Assembly (NCBI GenBank): GCA_964530215.1
Contig: CAZHAJ010000001.1
Span: forward strand, 1-45,192
Length of the DNA: 45,192 bases
From: an uncultured Peptococcaceae bacterium
GTDB lineage: Bacteria; Bacillota; Desulfotomaculia; Desulfotomaculales; Desulfocucumaceae
Direction: 5' to 3'
The position numbers and the translations under genes are program-made. This document shows positions 8,175 through 17,633 of this stretch, piece after piece (within the stretch, counting starts at the first letter, position 1; each line of letters begins with the position of its first letter). The notes under the pieces were generated by a model. It searched no databases. It had not been told where the DNA came from and saw nothing but the letters and a program-made list of their open reading frames with translations.

Positions 8175-8668
8175 CTAAAGATGTTGTAATAGGGAAAATT
8201 ATTGGTACCCATGGTAGACGTGGAATGGTGAAAATCTTCCCGTTGTCAGATTATCCTGATAGATTTATGGATATGGATAAGATGACCCTGGAAAAAGGCG
8301 GAGTTCATAGGGATTATACCGTTGCTGAAATAAAAAAGCATCAAAAATATTTTCTAATCAAATTTCAACAGGTAGCGGATATGAATGAGGCAGACAATCT
8401 TAAGGGTTCTTTAATCAAGGTGAGCAGGGAGGAATTGGTTCCCTTGCCTGAAGGTAGTTTCTACGTCTTTGATATTATAGGTCTTAAGGTATATACCGAA
8501 GACGGCGGCTATATTGGAGAGGTGGAAAATGTTTTGCAGACTGGAGCCAACGATGTTTACGTTGTGGGCACAAATGATAAGCCTCTTTTGATACCGGCTA
8601 TAAAAGAAGTTGTAAAGGAAATCAATATTGTCGACAGAAAAATGGTTATTGTCCCGCAAAGGGAATAG
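8171..8668 (+). CDS. rimM: 16S rRNA processing protein RimM
   Basis: The N-terminus IGKIIGTHGRRGMVKIFPLSDYPDRF and a PRC-barrel C-terminus. The start overlaps the ylqD stop (ATGA). Confidence 0.92.
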   Translation: MTKDVVIGKIIGTHGRRGMVKIFPLSDYPDRFMDMDKMTLEKGGVHRDYTVAEIKKHQKYFLIKFQQVADMNEADNLKGSLIKVSREELVPLPEGSFYVFDIIGLKVYTEDGGYIGEVENVLQTGANDVYVVGTNDKPLLIPAIKEVVKEINIVDRKMVIVPQRE

Positions 8669-8712
8669 TAACTTTGGTTTCGGAACGATGAGGTTAAAGG
8701 ACAGGGGATTTT

Positions 8713-9531
8713 ATGTTGCAGATTGATATTCTGACCCTTTTCCCGGAAATGTTTTTAGGACCTTTTGACCATAGTATTATAAAAAGAGCCAAGGATGAGG
8801 CAATTCTATCTCTTGAATTGATTAATATTCGAGATTTTTCCCAAAATAAGCATAACACTGTAGATGATGCGCCTTATGGTGGCGGTGCAGGTATGCTAAT
8901 GACACCGAAGCCTTTTTTTGAAGCCTTGGAATGGCTGAAATCCAAGCGAGGTGGTCTGGGACGCTGTATCTACATGAGTCCGGACGGTGAGCCCTTAACT
9001 CAGAAATTAGCCGAAGAGCTGTCAAAAGAAAGCCATTTGGTTGTACTATGTGGCCGCTATGAGGGTATAGACGAAAGGGTTAGGGAGCAGTTGGTAACCG
9101 ATGAAATAACTATAGGGGATTATGTTCTTACCGGCGGTGAACTTCCAGCCATGGTTTTGGTGGATTCGGTATCAAGGTTAGTTCCGGGGGTTCTTGGAGA
9201 GCCAACTTCCGCTGAGGAAGAATCCTTTAGTAATGGTCTACTGGAATATCCTCAGTACACCAGGCCCAGAATATACAAGGGGCTGGAGGTTCCGGAAATT
9301 TTGTTAAACGGACATCATGAGGAAATAAGGTTGTGGAGAAGAAGAAAGTCTTTGTTGCGTACCTTAGAGCGCAGGCCGGAAGTTTTGGCTGAGGCGGATT
9401 TGACCGAGGAAGATAAAAGAATTCTTCGCCAGGTGGCTGTTGAACTTGAAAAACTTGGGTTGCGGGATAGTACAGAAAAAATTAAAGGCACAAACAAGAA
9501 TTCCAGAGGTCAAAATTCAGAAAATAAATAG
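8713..9531 (+). CDS. trmD: tRNA (guanine37-N1)-methyltransferase TrmD, with a ~30-aa basic C-terminal tail
   Basis: [14 protein letters not shown]...[13 protein letters not shown]...[15 protein letters not shown]...[15 protein letters not shown]. Confidence 0.96.
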   Translation: MLQIDILTLFPEMFLGPFDHSIIKRAKDEAILSLELINIRDFSQNKHNTVDDAPYGGGAGMLMTPKPFFEALEWLKSKRGGLGRCIYMSPDGEPLTQKLAEELSKESHLVVLCGRYEGIDERVREQLVTDEITIGDYVLTGGELPAMVLVDSVSRLVPGVLGEPTSAEEESFSNGLLEYPQYTRPRIYKGLEVPEILLNGHHEEIRLWRRRKSLLRTLERRPEVLAEADLTEEDKRILRQVAVELEKLGLRDSTEKIKGTNKNSRGQNSENK

Positions 9532-9573
9532 CAGGAGATTAAGACAGAGATTTTTATAGGAGTTCTGCTGGGG

Positions 9574-9602
9574 TTGCAAGGTAAAATCCTTTATGATATA
9601 AT
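9574..9602 (+). promoter_or_regulatory. Sigma-A type promoter upstream of rplS, followed by an ~80-nt leader that may be an L19 autoregulatory leader
   Basis: TTGCAA (9574-9579), 17-nt spacer, TATAAT (9597-9602). The leader contains the hairpin ATTAAG...CTTAAT. Confidence 0.45.
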
Positions 9603-9682
9603 TTCTTTTGTGTATTAAGGTTGGTCCGCTATGTCTTAATGAAGGGACATATGAACAACTTGCGGGAAGGGAGGTACATATT

Positions 9683-10030
9683 ATGAGTCTCATCCAATCA
9701 TTGGAACAGGAGCAGGTTAAGTCAGACATTCCTAAGTTTAGGCCTGGGGATACTGTAAAGGTTCATGTAAAGGTTGTTGAAGGAACCAGAGAAAGAATCC
9801 AGGTGTTTGAAGGGGTAGTTATAAGGCGCAGAGGTACAGGGCTAGGTGAAACCTTTACTGTGCGCAGGATATCATATGGTGTGGGCGTAGAGAGAACCTT
9901 CCCCTTGAATTCTCCAAAAATAGATAAGATTGAAATTGTTAAGCTGGGCAAGGTTCGTAGGGCAAGACTTTACTATCTGCGTAATTTGCGCGGTAAAGCA
10001 GCGAGAATCAAAGAAAGAGCAAAACAGTAA
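9683..10030 (+). CDS. rplS: 50S ribosomal protein L19
   Basis: [47 protein letters not shown]...; the GGGAGG RBS supports the ATG at 9683. Confidence 0.95.
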   Translation: MSLIQSLEQEQVKSDIPKFRPGDTVKVHVKVVEGTRERIQVFEGVVIRRRGTGLGETFTVRRISYGVGVERTFPLNSPKIDKIEIVKLGKVRRARLYYLRNLRGKAARIKERAKQ

Positions 10031-10041
10031 AGTACAACTCA

Positions 10042-10070
10042 GGGGACTGTAAAGCAACAGTCCCTATTTT
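10042..10070 (+). terminator. rplS terminator
   Basis: GGGACTGT (10043-10050) pairs with ACAGTCCC (10057-10064), followed by TATTTTG. Confidence 0.6.
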
Positions 10071-10119
10071 GTCAGTATATGAGCAAAAAATCATTGATGA
10101 TTCTTAGGGAGGATTTTAT

Positions 10120-10674
10120 ATGACAGACACCCCTGAATACTATCATCAAAAAAGTGCCAAAAAGAAATCTCTATATAGGGAAATTATAGAGTCCATTATT
10201 ATAGCGGTATTACTTGCTTTAATAATACGGGCATTTATATTTCAACCATTTTATATTCCCTCAGGTTCAATGGAGCCTACTTTGCAGATAAATGATGAAA
10301 TTTTGGTTAATAAATTTTCTCATCGATTCTGGGAGCTTCAACGGGGTGATATTGTAGTTTTCAAGTATCCTAAGGACCCAACTAAGGACTATGTTAAAAG
10401 ACTAATCGGCCTTCCTGGGGAAAAAGTGGAGTTAAGAGACAGTAAGTTATTTATAAATGATGCGGAAGTCCCGGAGGGTTACCTACCTGCAGGATTAGAG
10501 TTTGAAGACTTTGGTCCGGAGGTGATTCCTGAGGATGGATATCTGATGTTGGGAGACAATAGGAATAACAGTGAAGACGGTCGTTATTGGGGATATTTGC
10601 CAAAGGAAAACATTATCGGCAAAGCCATGTTTATATTTTGGCCTTTTAATAGGATGGGTATGCTAAACCCCTAA
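10120..10674 (+). CDS. lepB: Signal peptidase I
   Basis: N-terminal TM segment, catalytic Ser box IPSGSMEPTL, Lys box YVKRLIGLPGE, and GDNRNNSEDGRYWG. Confidence 0.93.
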   Translation: MTDTPEYYHQKSAKKKSLYREIIESIIIAVLLALIIRAFIFQPFYIPSGSMEPTLQINDEILVNKFSHRFWELQRGDIVVFKYPKDPTKDYVKRLIGLPGEKVELRDSKLFINDAEVPEGYLPAGLEFEDFGPEVIPEDGYLMLGDNRNNSEDGRYWGYLPKENIIGKAMFIFWPFNRMGMLNP

Positions 10675-10704
10675 CAGCGCGTTTACTGTCAGTTTGTGTA
10701 TACA

Positions 10705-10735
10705 AGGGGGAACTATGTTCTCCTTTTTCTTTTTA
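10705..10735 (+). terminator. lepB terminator
   Basis: AGGGGGAAC-TAT-GTTCTCCT hairpin followed by a TTTTTCTTTTT run. Confidence 0.6.
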
Positions 10736-10799
10736 TATTAAGAATCGGACGGTAATTGGGCAAATTTATTAACATAGCCTTAGATAGGGGGCTGAGGAA

Positions 10800-11648
10800 A
10801 TGGATATTCAGTGGTATCCCGGTCATATGGCCAAGGCCAGAAGAATCTTAAAAGACGATTTAAAGCTGGTGGATGCGGTAATAGAAGTGGCGGATGCCCG
10901 AATCCCCTATAGCAGCAGGAACCCTGATTTAAAGGGTATGATTGGAAATAAACCGCTACTGCTGATCTTGAACAAGGCTGATTTAGGGGACCCGACGGTA
11001 TTGAAGCAATGGCAGGATTTTTTTATTTCCAAAGGTTTGGCAGTCTTGGCAGTTGATTCGGTGAAGGGTACCGGTATTTCAAGGATAGTGCCTATGGTAA
11101 AAAAAATCGCGGGTCAAAAAATGATTTCTCTGGGTTCCTCGGGACGGCTGCCCCGACCTCCCCGTTGTATGATTGTGGGTATACCAAATGTTGGCAAGTC
11201 GTATTTAATTAATCGTTTGTCACGTAGGAAATCTGCCAAAGCTCAAAATAAACCGGGGGTTACCAGGGGGCAGCAATGGATTCGGGTGTCAGAAATAGAA
11301 TTGCTGGATACGCCGGGAATACTTTGGCCTAAATTTGAAGAACCGGAAGTGGGTTACCGCTTGGCTGTTACCGGTGCCGTTAAAGAGCAGGTATTCGATT
11401 TGGAGGCAGTTGCTGCGCGCTTGTCTCTTTGGTTAGCCGAAAAACATCCGGCAAATTTATTGCAACGGTATAATATTGAAGTTGAGGGAATAACAGAACC
11501 TCATATTGTCTTAGAGATGATTGGCAAGAGCAGAGGGTTTATTCTCCAAGGCGGTAAAGTTGACACTCATAAGGCTGCTGTTCTTTTGCTGAAGGAGTTT
11601 AGAGGCGGGCTTTTGGGTAGATTTACATTGGAGACACCTTATAAATAA
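10800..11648 (+). CDS. rbgA: Ribosome biogenesis GTPase A (YlqF/RbgA), circularly permuted GTPase
   Basis: MDIQWYPGHMAKARR..., LNKADL (G4) precedes GIPNVGKS (G1) and DTPG (G3). Confidence 0.93.
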   Translation: MDIQWYPGHMAKARRILKDDLKLVDAVIEVADARIPYSSRNPDLKGMIGNKPLLLILNKADLGDPTVLKQWQDFFISKGLAVLAVDSVKGTGISRIVPMVKKIAGQKMISLGSSGRLPRPPRCMIVGIPNVGKSYLINRLSRRKSAKAQNKPGVTRGQQWIRVSEIELLDTPGILWPKFEEPEVGYRLAVTGAVKEQVFDLEAVAARLSLWLAEKHPANLLQRYNIEVEGITEPHIVLEMIGKSRGFILQGGKVDTHKAAVLLLKEFRGGLLGRFTLETPYK

Positions 11649-11724
11649 CTCTATGCTTTTCGTTTGACAATAAACCGCAATAAATACCGTTTATTGCGAA
11701 ATTTAACCGTTAAGGGATGTATCC

Positions 11725-11753
11725 TTGAGACATTTTGTCCATTGGGGTATAAT
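11725..11753 (+). promoter_or_regulatory. Sigma-A type promoter upstream of rnhB
   Basis: TTGAGA (11725-11730), 17-nt spacer, TATAAT (11748-11753). Confidence 0.45.
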
Positions 11754-11789
11754 TATAGCGTTGATCTTTTTGGATAGTGGGGTTGCGGC

Positions 11790-12593
11790 GTGAAATTATC
11801 CACTATGACGCTGGCAGAAATTAAACGAAGTATATATGATACCAATGAATCGGGTTTAATATCTGATGAATTGCAACAGGCTTTATACAGTGATCCAAGG
11901 TCTGGTGTTAGAGAAATTTTGGCAAAATTAGAGAGAAAACGCAGCCTTTTTTTGGAGGAGCAAAAGCGTCAACGGGAACTTTGGTTAATTGAAAGAAAAC
12001 TTTTTTCCTTAGGTGTTGATACGGTTGCAGGAGTAGATGAGGTGGGTCGCGGCCCTCTGGCAGGCCCTGTGATGGCAGCCGCGGTAATATTGCCACCGGA
12101 AATAGCAATTGACAGACTTAATGACTCTAAAAAACTTACCTCTGTTGCCCGCAGTTCGTTAGCTATCAGGATAAGAAAGCTTGCTCTGTATTGGTCGGTT
12201 GGACTGGCCACCGTAGAAGAAATACAGAAATTAAATATTTATCATGCTTCGATGCTGGCTATGAGGAGGGCGTTGGAGGGGCTTGAGATTAAACCGGATC
12301 ATGTTTTGGTAGACGGTTATACCATACCAAATACTAATCTGGCTCAAACCGGAGTAATAGGGGGAGACAGTAAAAGTGCTTCAATAGCAGCGGCTTCTGT
12401 TTTGGCCAAAGTAGCTAGGGATGATATCATGGATCAACTGAATATATTATATCCCCAGTATGGTTTTAATCGCCATAAGGGTTATGGTACCAGAGAGCAT
12501 TTGGATGCCCTCGATAAGTTCGGACCTTGCCCCCATCATCGCCAAGGTTTTGCGCCGGTGAAGGATAGGTTGGGAATGAGATTAAACTTATAA
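11790..12593 (+). CDS. rnhB: Ribonuclease HII
   Basis: GVDEVGRGPLAGPV catalytic motif, DSKKL and HKGYGT. GTG start with an N-terminal extension of about 70 aa; the exact start is uncertain. Confidence 0.9.
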   Translation: MKLSTMTLAEIKRSIYDTNESGLISDELQQALYSDPRSGVREILAKLERKRSLFLEEQKRQRELWLIERKLFSLGVDTVAGVDEVGRGPLAGPVMAAAVILPPEIAIDRLNDSKKLTSVARSSLAIRIRKLALYWSVGLATVEEIQKLNIYHASMLAMRRALEGLEIKPDHVLVDGYTIPNTNLAQTGVIGGDSKSASIAAASVLAKVARDDIMDQLNILYPQYGFNRHKGYGTREHLDALDKFGPCPHHRQGFAPVKDRLGMRLNL

Positions 12594-12714
12594 CAAAATT
12601 TTCTATCAGCTTATTGGTTTTTATATTATATAATTATTTTGAAGTTTTATATTGTTAAGTTTTTCACATTGTCATTATTATAGATGATTTTTTTTTGTGA
12701 AAGGGGTGAGTTGC

Positions 12715-13071
12715 TTGCTTTCAATTTGGGGTGCACTGTTTATTTTTTTAATAGTGGGAATTTTGTTTGGAGTAGGGGGAATGCTAGTGGGCTTTGTAAT
12801 AGCCCCGCGCAGAAATAGTCCCCAGAAATCTATTACCTATGAGTGTGGTATGGATACCATTGGACCCACTTGGGTGCAATTTAGAACCAGCTATTTTTTA
12901 TATGCCTTGTTATTTGTTATCTTTGATGTAGAAGTTCTTTATCTTTATCCATGGGCCTTAAAATTTCAGAGTTTGGGGCTTTTTGCATTTATTGAAATGA
13001 TAATTTTTCTTACGATTTTAATTGTCGGACTATGGTATGCATGGAAGGAGGGAGCATTTGAATGGATGTGA
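12715..13071 (+). CDS. nuoA: NADH-quinone oxidoreductase subunit A
   Basis: Three TM segments; YECGMD and [11 protein letters not shown] motifs. I prefer the TTG at 12715 (AAAGGGG RBS) over the track GTG at 12697. Confidence 0.88.
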   Translation: MLSIWGALFIFLIVGILFGVGGMLVGFVIAPRRNSPQKSITYECGMDTIGPTWVQFRTSYFLYALLFVIFDVEVLYLYPWALKFQSLGLFAFIEMIIFLTILIVGLWYAWKEGAFEWM

Positions 13072-13604
13072 CCCAACAAGAAAAGCATTTGGTTGAAAAT
13101 ATCACCGATGATCCCGAAGTTATTGATGAGGTGAAACGCCTAATCCATATTGCTCCGTTGGAAAAGATTTTAAATCTTGCCCGAGGCCATTCCCTTTGGC
13201 CCTTTGGCTTCGGTTTGGCATGCTGTGCCATAGAAGGTTTGATGGGAGCCAATATGCCTAGGTTTGACCTGTCTCGTTTCGGCTATGAGGTCATGAGAGC
13301 TTCACCCCGGCAAGCTGATGTCATGATGGTTGCCGGAACGGTAACCAAAAAAGCTGCTCCCTTTGTGGTGAGACTTTATGAGCAGATGTCAGAACCTAAG
13401 TGGGTCATTGCTTACGGAAACTGCGCAATTTCAGGGGGGCCCTTTGTAGACTCATATCATGTGGTGCCCGGAGTAGACAAGATTATTCCTGTGGATGTAT
13501 TTGTTCCCGGATGTCCCCCAAGGCCTGAGGCCGCCATTGAGGCATTTTTGATGATTAAGGACAAGCTGATTAATCCAAAGGTGGTGGATCAGATCCGTGG
13601 CTAA
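13062..13604 (+). CDS. nuoB: NADH-quinone oxidoreductase subunit B (N2 cluster)
   Basis: Cysteine motifs [18 protein letters not shown] and PGCPPRPE. Confidence 0.95.
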   Translation: MDVTQQEKHLVENITDDPEVIDEVKRLIHIAPLEKILNLARGHSLWPFGFGLACCAIEGLMGANMPRFDLSRFGYEVMRASPRQADVMMVAGTVTKKAAPFVVRLYEQMSEPKWVIAYGNCAISGGPFVDSYHVVPGVDKIIPVDVFVPGCPPRPEAAIEAFLMIKDKLINPKVVDQIRG

Positions 13605-14055
13605 TGGTGTATTGTCAGAAAGTCATTTTCACGAGTTGAAGAAAAAATTTCCTGATATTGACATTGATGAAACAAAAGAGATCAATGTTTCAGCAGAAAA
13701 TTTAATTCCCTTAATGGAGGAATTACAAAAAAACCAAAACTATTGTATGGACTTTTTGACTAATCTTACTGCTGTAGACTATCAGGATTACTTTCAAATA
13801 ATATATAACCTTTTTTCGTTAAAATACGGTTATGTATTGACGCTGAAGATTAAGTTGGAAGAGCGGGAAAATCCGGAGATACCTTCTTTGGCTTCTCTGT
13901 GGGGTGGTTCCCTTTGGCAGGAACGCGAAGTATATGATTTGTTCGGAATTAACTTTTCAGGATATCCCGGACACCCCACCAGGATACTCTTGGATGATGA
14001 TTTTGACGGTTATCCTTTACGCAAGGATTACCAATGGGAAAGCGGCAGAGAGTAG
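13597..14055 (+). CDS. nuoC: NADH-quinone oxidoreductase subunit C (30 kDa)
   Basis: LTAVDY and [16 protein letters not shown] motifs. The start overlaps the nuoB stop. Confidence 0.9.
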   Translation: MANGVLSESHFHELKKKFPDIDIDETKEINVSAENLIPLMEELQKNQNYCMDFLTNLTAVDYQDYFQIIYNLFSLKYGYVLTLKIKLEERENPEIPSLASLWGGSLWQEREVYDLFGINFSGYPGHPTRILLDDDFDGYPLRKDYQWESGRE

Positions 14056-14089
14056 TATATTTTTATTTGTATAAGAGGTGTTCTGGTTT

Positions 14090-15184
14090 ATGAAAACTCA
14101 AACTTACAGTCTTAATCTCGGTCCGCAGCACCCCAGTACCCACGGTGTTTTTCGAATTGTACTGGAACTTGATGGTGAGTTTGTGGTAAAGGCTACACCG
14201 GTTCCGGGTTATTTGCACAGGGGAATTGAAAAATTGGCGGAATCCAGAACTTATACCCAAGTAATTCCATACACCGATCGAATGGACTATTTGGCGGGTA
14301 TGCTGATGAATTGGGGTTATGTTATTTCTGTGGAGAAGCTTATGGGGATGGAAGTCCCCGAAAGAGCTGAGTATATACGGGTTATAGTGGGGGAGCTATC
14401 CAGAATAGCCAGTCATATGATGGCCATCGGTGCCTTTGGTGCTGATCTGGGAGCTCTAACCGCTTTTACCTATACTTTCAGAGATCGTGAATATATTATG
14501 GACCTGCTGGAAATGGTCAGCGGCTCCAGAATGACCTTTAATTTCATGAGAATTGGTGGGGTAGCAAAGGATTTCCCCGAGGAATTTTTCCCGGCGGTAA
14601 AAAGATTTTTAGATGAACTGCCTGCAATGTGTGACGAATATGACGGATTACTGACCGGTAATGAAATATTTATTGCCAGAACAAAAAATGTCGGTATTAT
14701 TACACAGGAAGCTGGTATTAATTACAGCCTTAGCGGTCCCACCATTAGAGCCAGCGGGGTAAACCTGGATCTTCGAAAAACTCGGCCTTATAGTATTTAT
14801 GAAAGATTTGATTTTGATGTGCCTTTGGGAACTAACGGTGATTGTTATGACCGATTCCGCTTGAGAATTGAGGAAATGCGGCAGAGCGGAAGGATTATAC
14901 GGCAGGCTTTGGAACAAATCCCCGAAGGTCCCATTATATCCAAAGTTCCTCGGATAATTAAGCCTCCCGCCGGAGATGTTTATGAGGAAATTGAAAGTTC
15001 CAAGGGAATATATGGATGTTATATAGTTAGCGACGGAAGCACAAAGCCTTATCGAATTCATTTTAGGCGGCCTTCTTTTGTTAACCTAGGATACCTGGGC
15101 AAGCTTTGTGAGGGTTGGAAGCTGGCAGATGTGATTGCTATCTTAGGAAGCATTGATATTATTCTGGGTGAGGTAGACTGTTAA
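14090..15184 (+). CDS. nuoD: NADH-quinone oxidoreductase subunit D (49 kDa)
   Basis: [25 protein letters not shown] and DRMDY motifs. The AAGAGGTG RBS supports the ATG at 14090. Confidence 0.95.
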   Translation: MKTQTYSLNLGPQHPSTHGVFRIVLELDGEFVVKATPVPGYLHRGIEKLAESRTYTQVIPYTDRMDYLAGMLMNWGYVISVEKLMGMEVPERAEYIRVIVGELSRIASHMMAIGAFGADLGALTAFTYTFRDREYIMDLLEMVSGSRMTFNFMRIGGVAKDFPEEFFPAVKRFLDELPAMCDEYDGLLTGNEIFIARTKNVGIITQEAGINYSLSGPTIRASGVNLDLRKTRPYSIYERFDFDVPLGTNGDCYDRFRLRIEEMRQSGRIIRQALEQIPEGPIISKVPRIIKPPAGDVYEEIESSKGIYGCYIVSDGSTKPYRIHFRRPSFVNLGYLGKLCEGWKLADVIAILGSIDIILGEVDC

Positions 15185-15261
15185 GGCAGTCGGATGAAGA
15201 TTTTATGCTGACTGATTAAATAATGAACCTCAACAAAATGCTGGTGGGGGAGAAGGATAAT

Positions 15262-16314
15262 ATGTTTGAAAGCATTTTTACCGATGCTACAGCCTGGTTA
15301 AGTTCCTTTTTGTGGGGGCTGGGAGTGCCGGAATTATTAAGTGAAATTATACTGACCACAGTAAAGCTATCGGCGATAATGGTGTTTATTATTGTCAATG
15401 CACTTTGGTTAGTCTATATGGAAAGAAAAGTGGCAGCTTATATACAATCCCGGGTGGGTCCGGTGCACACCGGGCCCAAAGGGTTGCTGCAAACAGCGGC
15501 TGACATAGTTAAATTAATGGGAAAAGAAATAATTTTGCCGAAAGGTATTGACCGGGTAATTTTTCTTCTTATGCCGGTACTGATATTTGTTCCGCCATTA
15601 ATGATTATGGCAATCATCCCTTTCGGTAAAAACATGGCGGCTGTGGACATGAATTTGGGGGTCTTTTATTTATTGGCCGTGGCCTCTGTATCTACAATTA
15701 TTTTTTGGGCTGCGGGATGGGCCTCTAATAACAAGTACTCATTGGTGGGCGGCATGAGAGTAGTAGCTCAAATGGTCAGCTATGAACTGCCTTTGGTGTT
15801 AGCTCTTTTGGGAGTCGTTATGCTTGCTGGTAGTATGAATTTGAGTGAAATCGTGGTTGCCCAAAGTGGTGTGTGGTACGTTTTTACTCAGCCTGTTGCA
15901 TTTCTAATATATATTATTGCCGGAATTTCTGAGACAAATCGTGCACCTTTTGACCTGGTGGAGGGAGAGTCAGAAATTATTTCCGGTCCCTATACCGAGT
16001 ACTCCGGGATGGGGTTTGCTCTTTTTTTCTTAGCTGAGTATGCCAATATGATGGTGGTAGCTGCTGTTTGCACCGTTATGTTTTTGGGAGGCTGGCTGGC
16101 TCCTTTTGGAATGGAGTTCATACCTTCCTGGGTGTGGTTTTTCTTGAAAATGTATTTTATTATTTTCCTTTTTATGTGGATTCGCTGGACTTACCCCCGT
16201 ATAAGGGTAGACCAGTTAATGGCTTTTGGTTGGAAGGTGCTGGTACCCCTTTCATTAGCTAATATATTTATAACTGGTGCCGGTATATATATCTTCCGGG
16301 CGATGGGATGGTGA
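15262..16314 (+). CDS. nuoH: NADH-quinone oxidoreductase subunit H
   Basis: Polytopic membrane protein with ERKV.AYIQSRVGP and ETNRAPFDL.EGESE motifs. I chose the start at ATG 15262 (GGAGAAGGA RBS). Confidence 0.93.
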   Translation: MFESIFTDATAWLSSFLWGLGVPELLSEIILTTVKLSAIMVFIIVNALWLVYMERKVAAYIQSRVGPVHTGPKGLLQTAADIVKLMGKEIILPKGIDRVIFLLMPVLIFVPPLMIMAIIPFGKNMAAVDMNLGVFYLLAVASVSTIIFWAAGWASNNKYSLVGGMRVVAQMVSYELPLVLALLGVVMLAGSMNLSEIVVAQSGVWYVFTQPVAFLIYIIAGISETNRAPFDLVEGESEIISGPYTEYSGMGFALFFLAEYANMMVVAAVCTVMFLGGWLAPFGMEFIPSWVWFFLKMYFIIFLFMWIRWTYPRIRVDQLMAFGWKVLVPLSLANIFITGAGIYIFRAMGW

Positions 16315-16318
16315 TTAG

Positions 16319-16771
16319 ATGTTTGGAAAAGGACTGCTGAAGGGTCTGAAAATAACCTGGAAAAGAATGTTGGATAAGAAGCAGACGGTTAAATATCCCT
16401 ATGAGAAAATAGAGATGTTTCCCCGTTTTCACGGTCGTTTTCAAATTGATCCCGATAAGTGTATATCATGTGGGTTATGTGTTAATGCCTGTCCCAATAA
16501 AGTGATTCAGCTAGAGAAGCAAAAAGTAGGGAAAAAGCAGTATTTAACTAAATATGTGATGCGCATCGAATACTGCCTTTTCTGCGGCTTGTGTGTAGAG
16601 GTGTGCCCAACAAATGCTATTAAGTTCAGTGAAGTTATTGACATGAACCAGTATAAGAGGGAATGGGTTCGTTTAAATATGGTGGATCGACAGGCACCCG
16701 AATCTTTAAGTGACTCAGGTGACGATGCCGGTGAAACTGCAGAAAATATATCTTCCGGTAAGGAGGGTTGA
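16319..16771 (+). CDS. nuoI: NADH-quinone oxidoreductase subunit I (2x[4Fe-4S])
   Basis: CISCGLCVNACP and CLFCGLCVEVCP ferredoxin motifs. Confidence 0.92.
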   Translation: MFGKGLLKGLKITWKRMLDKKQTVKYPYEKIEMFPRFHGRFQIDPDKCISCGLCVNACPNKVIQLEKQKVGKKQYLTKYVMRIEYCLFCGLCVEVCPTNAIKFSEVIDMNQYKREWVRLNMVDRQAPESLSDSGDDAGETAENISSGKEG

Positions 16772-16775
16772 TACT

Positions 16776-17303
16776 ATGGCATTATTTTCCGATGGATCGA
16801 CTTGGGCGGTTATGTTTTTTTACTTGCTGGCGGCAATAGTAATTGGTGCGGCGTTGCTGGTGGTGTTTTCAAAAAACATCGTCCATTCAGTTTTGTGGTT
16901 GGTGGTTTGCTTTATTGCAGTGGCTGGGGTATTCCTTACGTTAAATGCAGGTTTTTTAGCTTTAATTCAAGTTATGGTTTATGCCGGTGCAGTCTGCATA
17001 ATGATGGTTTTAGGTATTATGCTTATTCGGCGTGAGGATATGGGGCAAACCAATTTGTTTAACAATCAGTTATATGCCGGAGCCGGCGTGGCAATATTGG
17101 TTACTGTTCTTACCGGCTTCGCCTCCTATAAAGTCAGGTATAGCGGATATGCTCCTATGGTACCTGAAAACACTGTGGAGCACATTGCTGATCTGTTGCT
17201 CAGTAAGTACGTAATTCCCTTTGAGGTGGTGGCATTGCTGCTGACGGTTACTCTGGTGGGAGCGATATTTATTGCTAAGGAGGTGAAGGCCGATGATTCC
17301 TAG
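16776..17303 (+). CDS. nuoJ: NADH-quinone oxidoreductase subunit J
   Basis: ND6-like 5-TM protein in the operon position after nuoI. The AAGGAGGG RBS supports the ATG at 16776. Confidence 0.85.
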   Translation: MALFSDGSTWAVMFFYLLAAIVIGAALLVVFSKNIVHSVLWLVVCFIAVAGVFLTLNAGFLALIQVMVYAGAVCIMMVLGIMLIRREDMGQTNLFNNQLYAGAGVAILVTVLTGFASYKVRYSGYAPMVPENTVEHIADLLLSKYVIPFEVVALLLTVTLVGAIFIAKEVKADDS

Positions 17304-17610
17304 TGTCAGTCTGCATCATTATTTGATTCTTGGGGCAATCCTTTTCAGTATAGGGCTTTTCGGGGTTTTGACCAAGAGAAATGCCATTGCAGTTTTTATT
17401 AGTATTGAACTTATGCTTTGTGCAGTGAACATTAATTTATTGGCCTTAAATAAATTTATCACCCCGGAAGCTTTTATCGGTCAGATTTTTGCAATTTTTG
17501 TTATTACCGTGGCGGCTGCTGAAGTTGGGTTGGGTTTAGCCATCATCATTGCAATATACCGTCACAAGTTTAGTGTAAACTTAGAAGATTTTGACTGGCT
17601 TAAGTGGTAG
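17293..17610 (+). CDS. nuoK: NADH-quinone oxidoreductase subunit K
   Basis: 105 aa, 3 TM, ND4L-like (GLFGVLTKRNAI, SIELML.A.N). The start overlaps the nuoJ stop. Confidence 0.9.
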   Translation: MIPSVSLHHYLILGAILFSIGLFGVLTKRNAIAVFISIELMLCAVNINLLALNKFITPEAFIGQIFAIFVITVAAAEVGLGLAIIIAIYRHKFSVNLEDFDWLKW

Positions 17611-17633
17611 GGAAGGTAGGTGCTAACATTTAA

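Noticed and set aside
11676-11698. 9-bp hairpin CGCAATAAA-TACCG-TTTATTGCG after rbgA, considered as a terminator
   Set aside because: It is followed by AAATTT rather than a U-tract, so I could not support a terminator call. It may be a weak pause or processing site.
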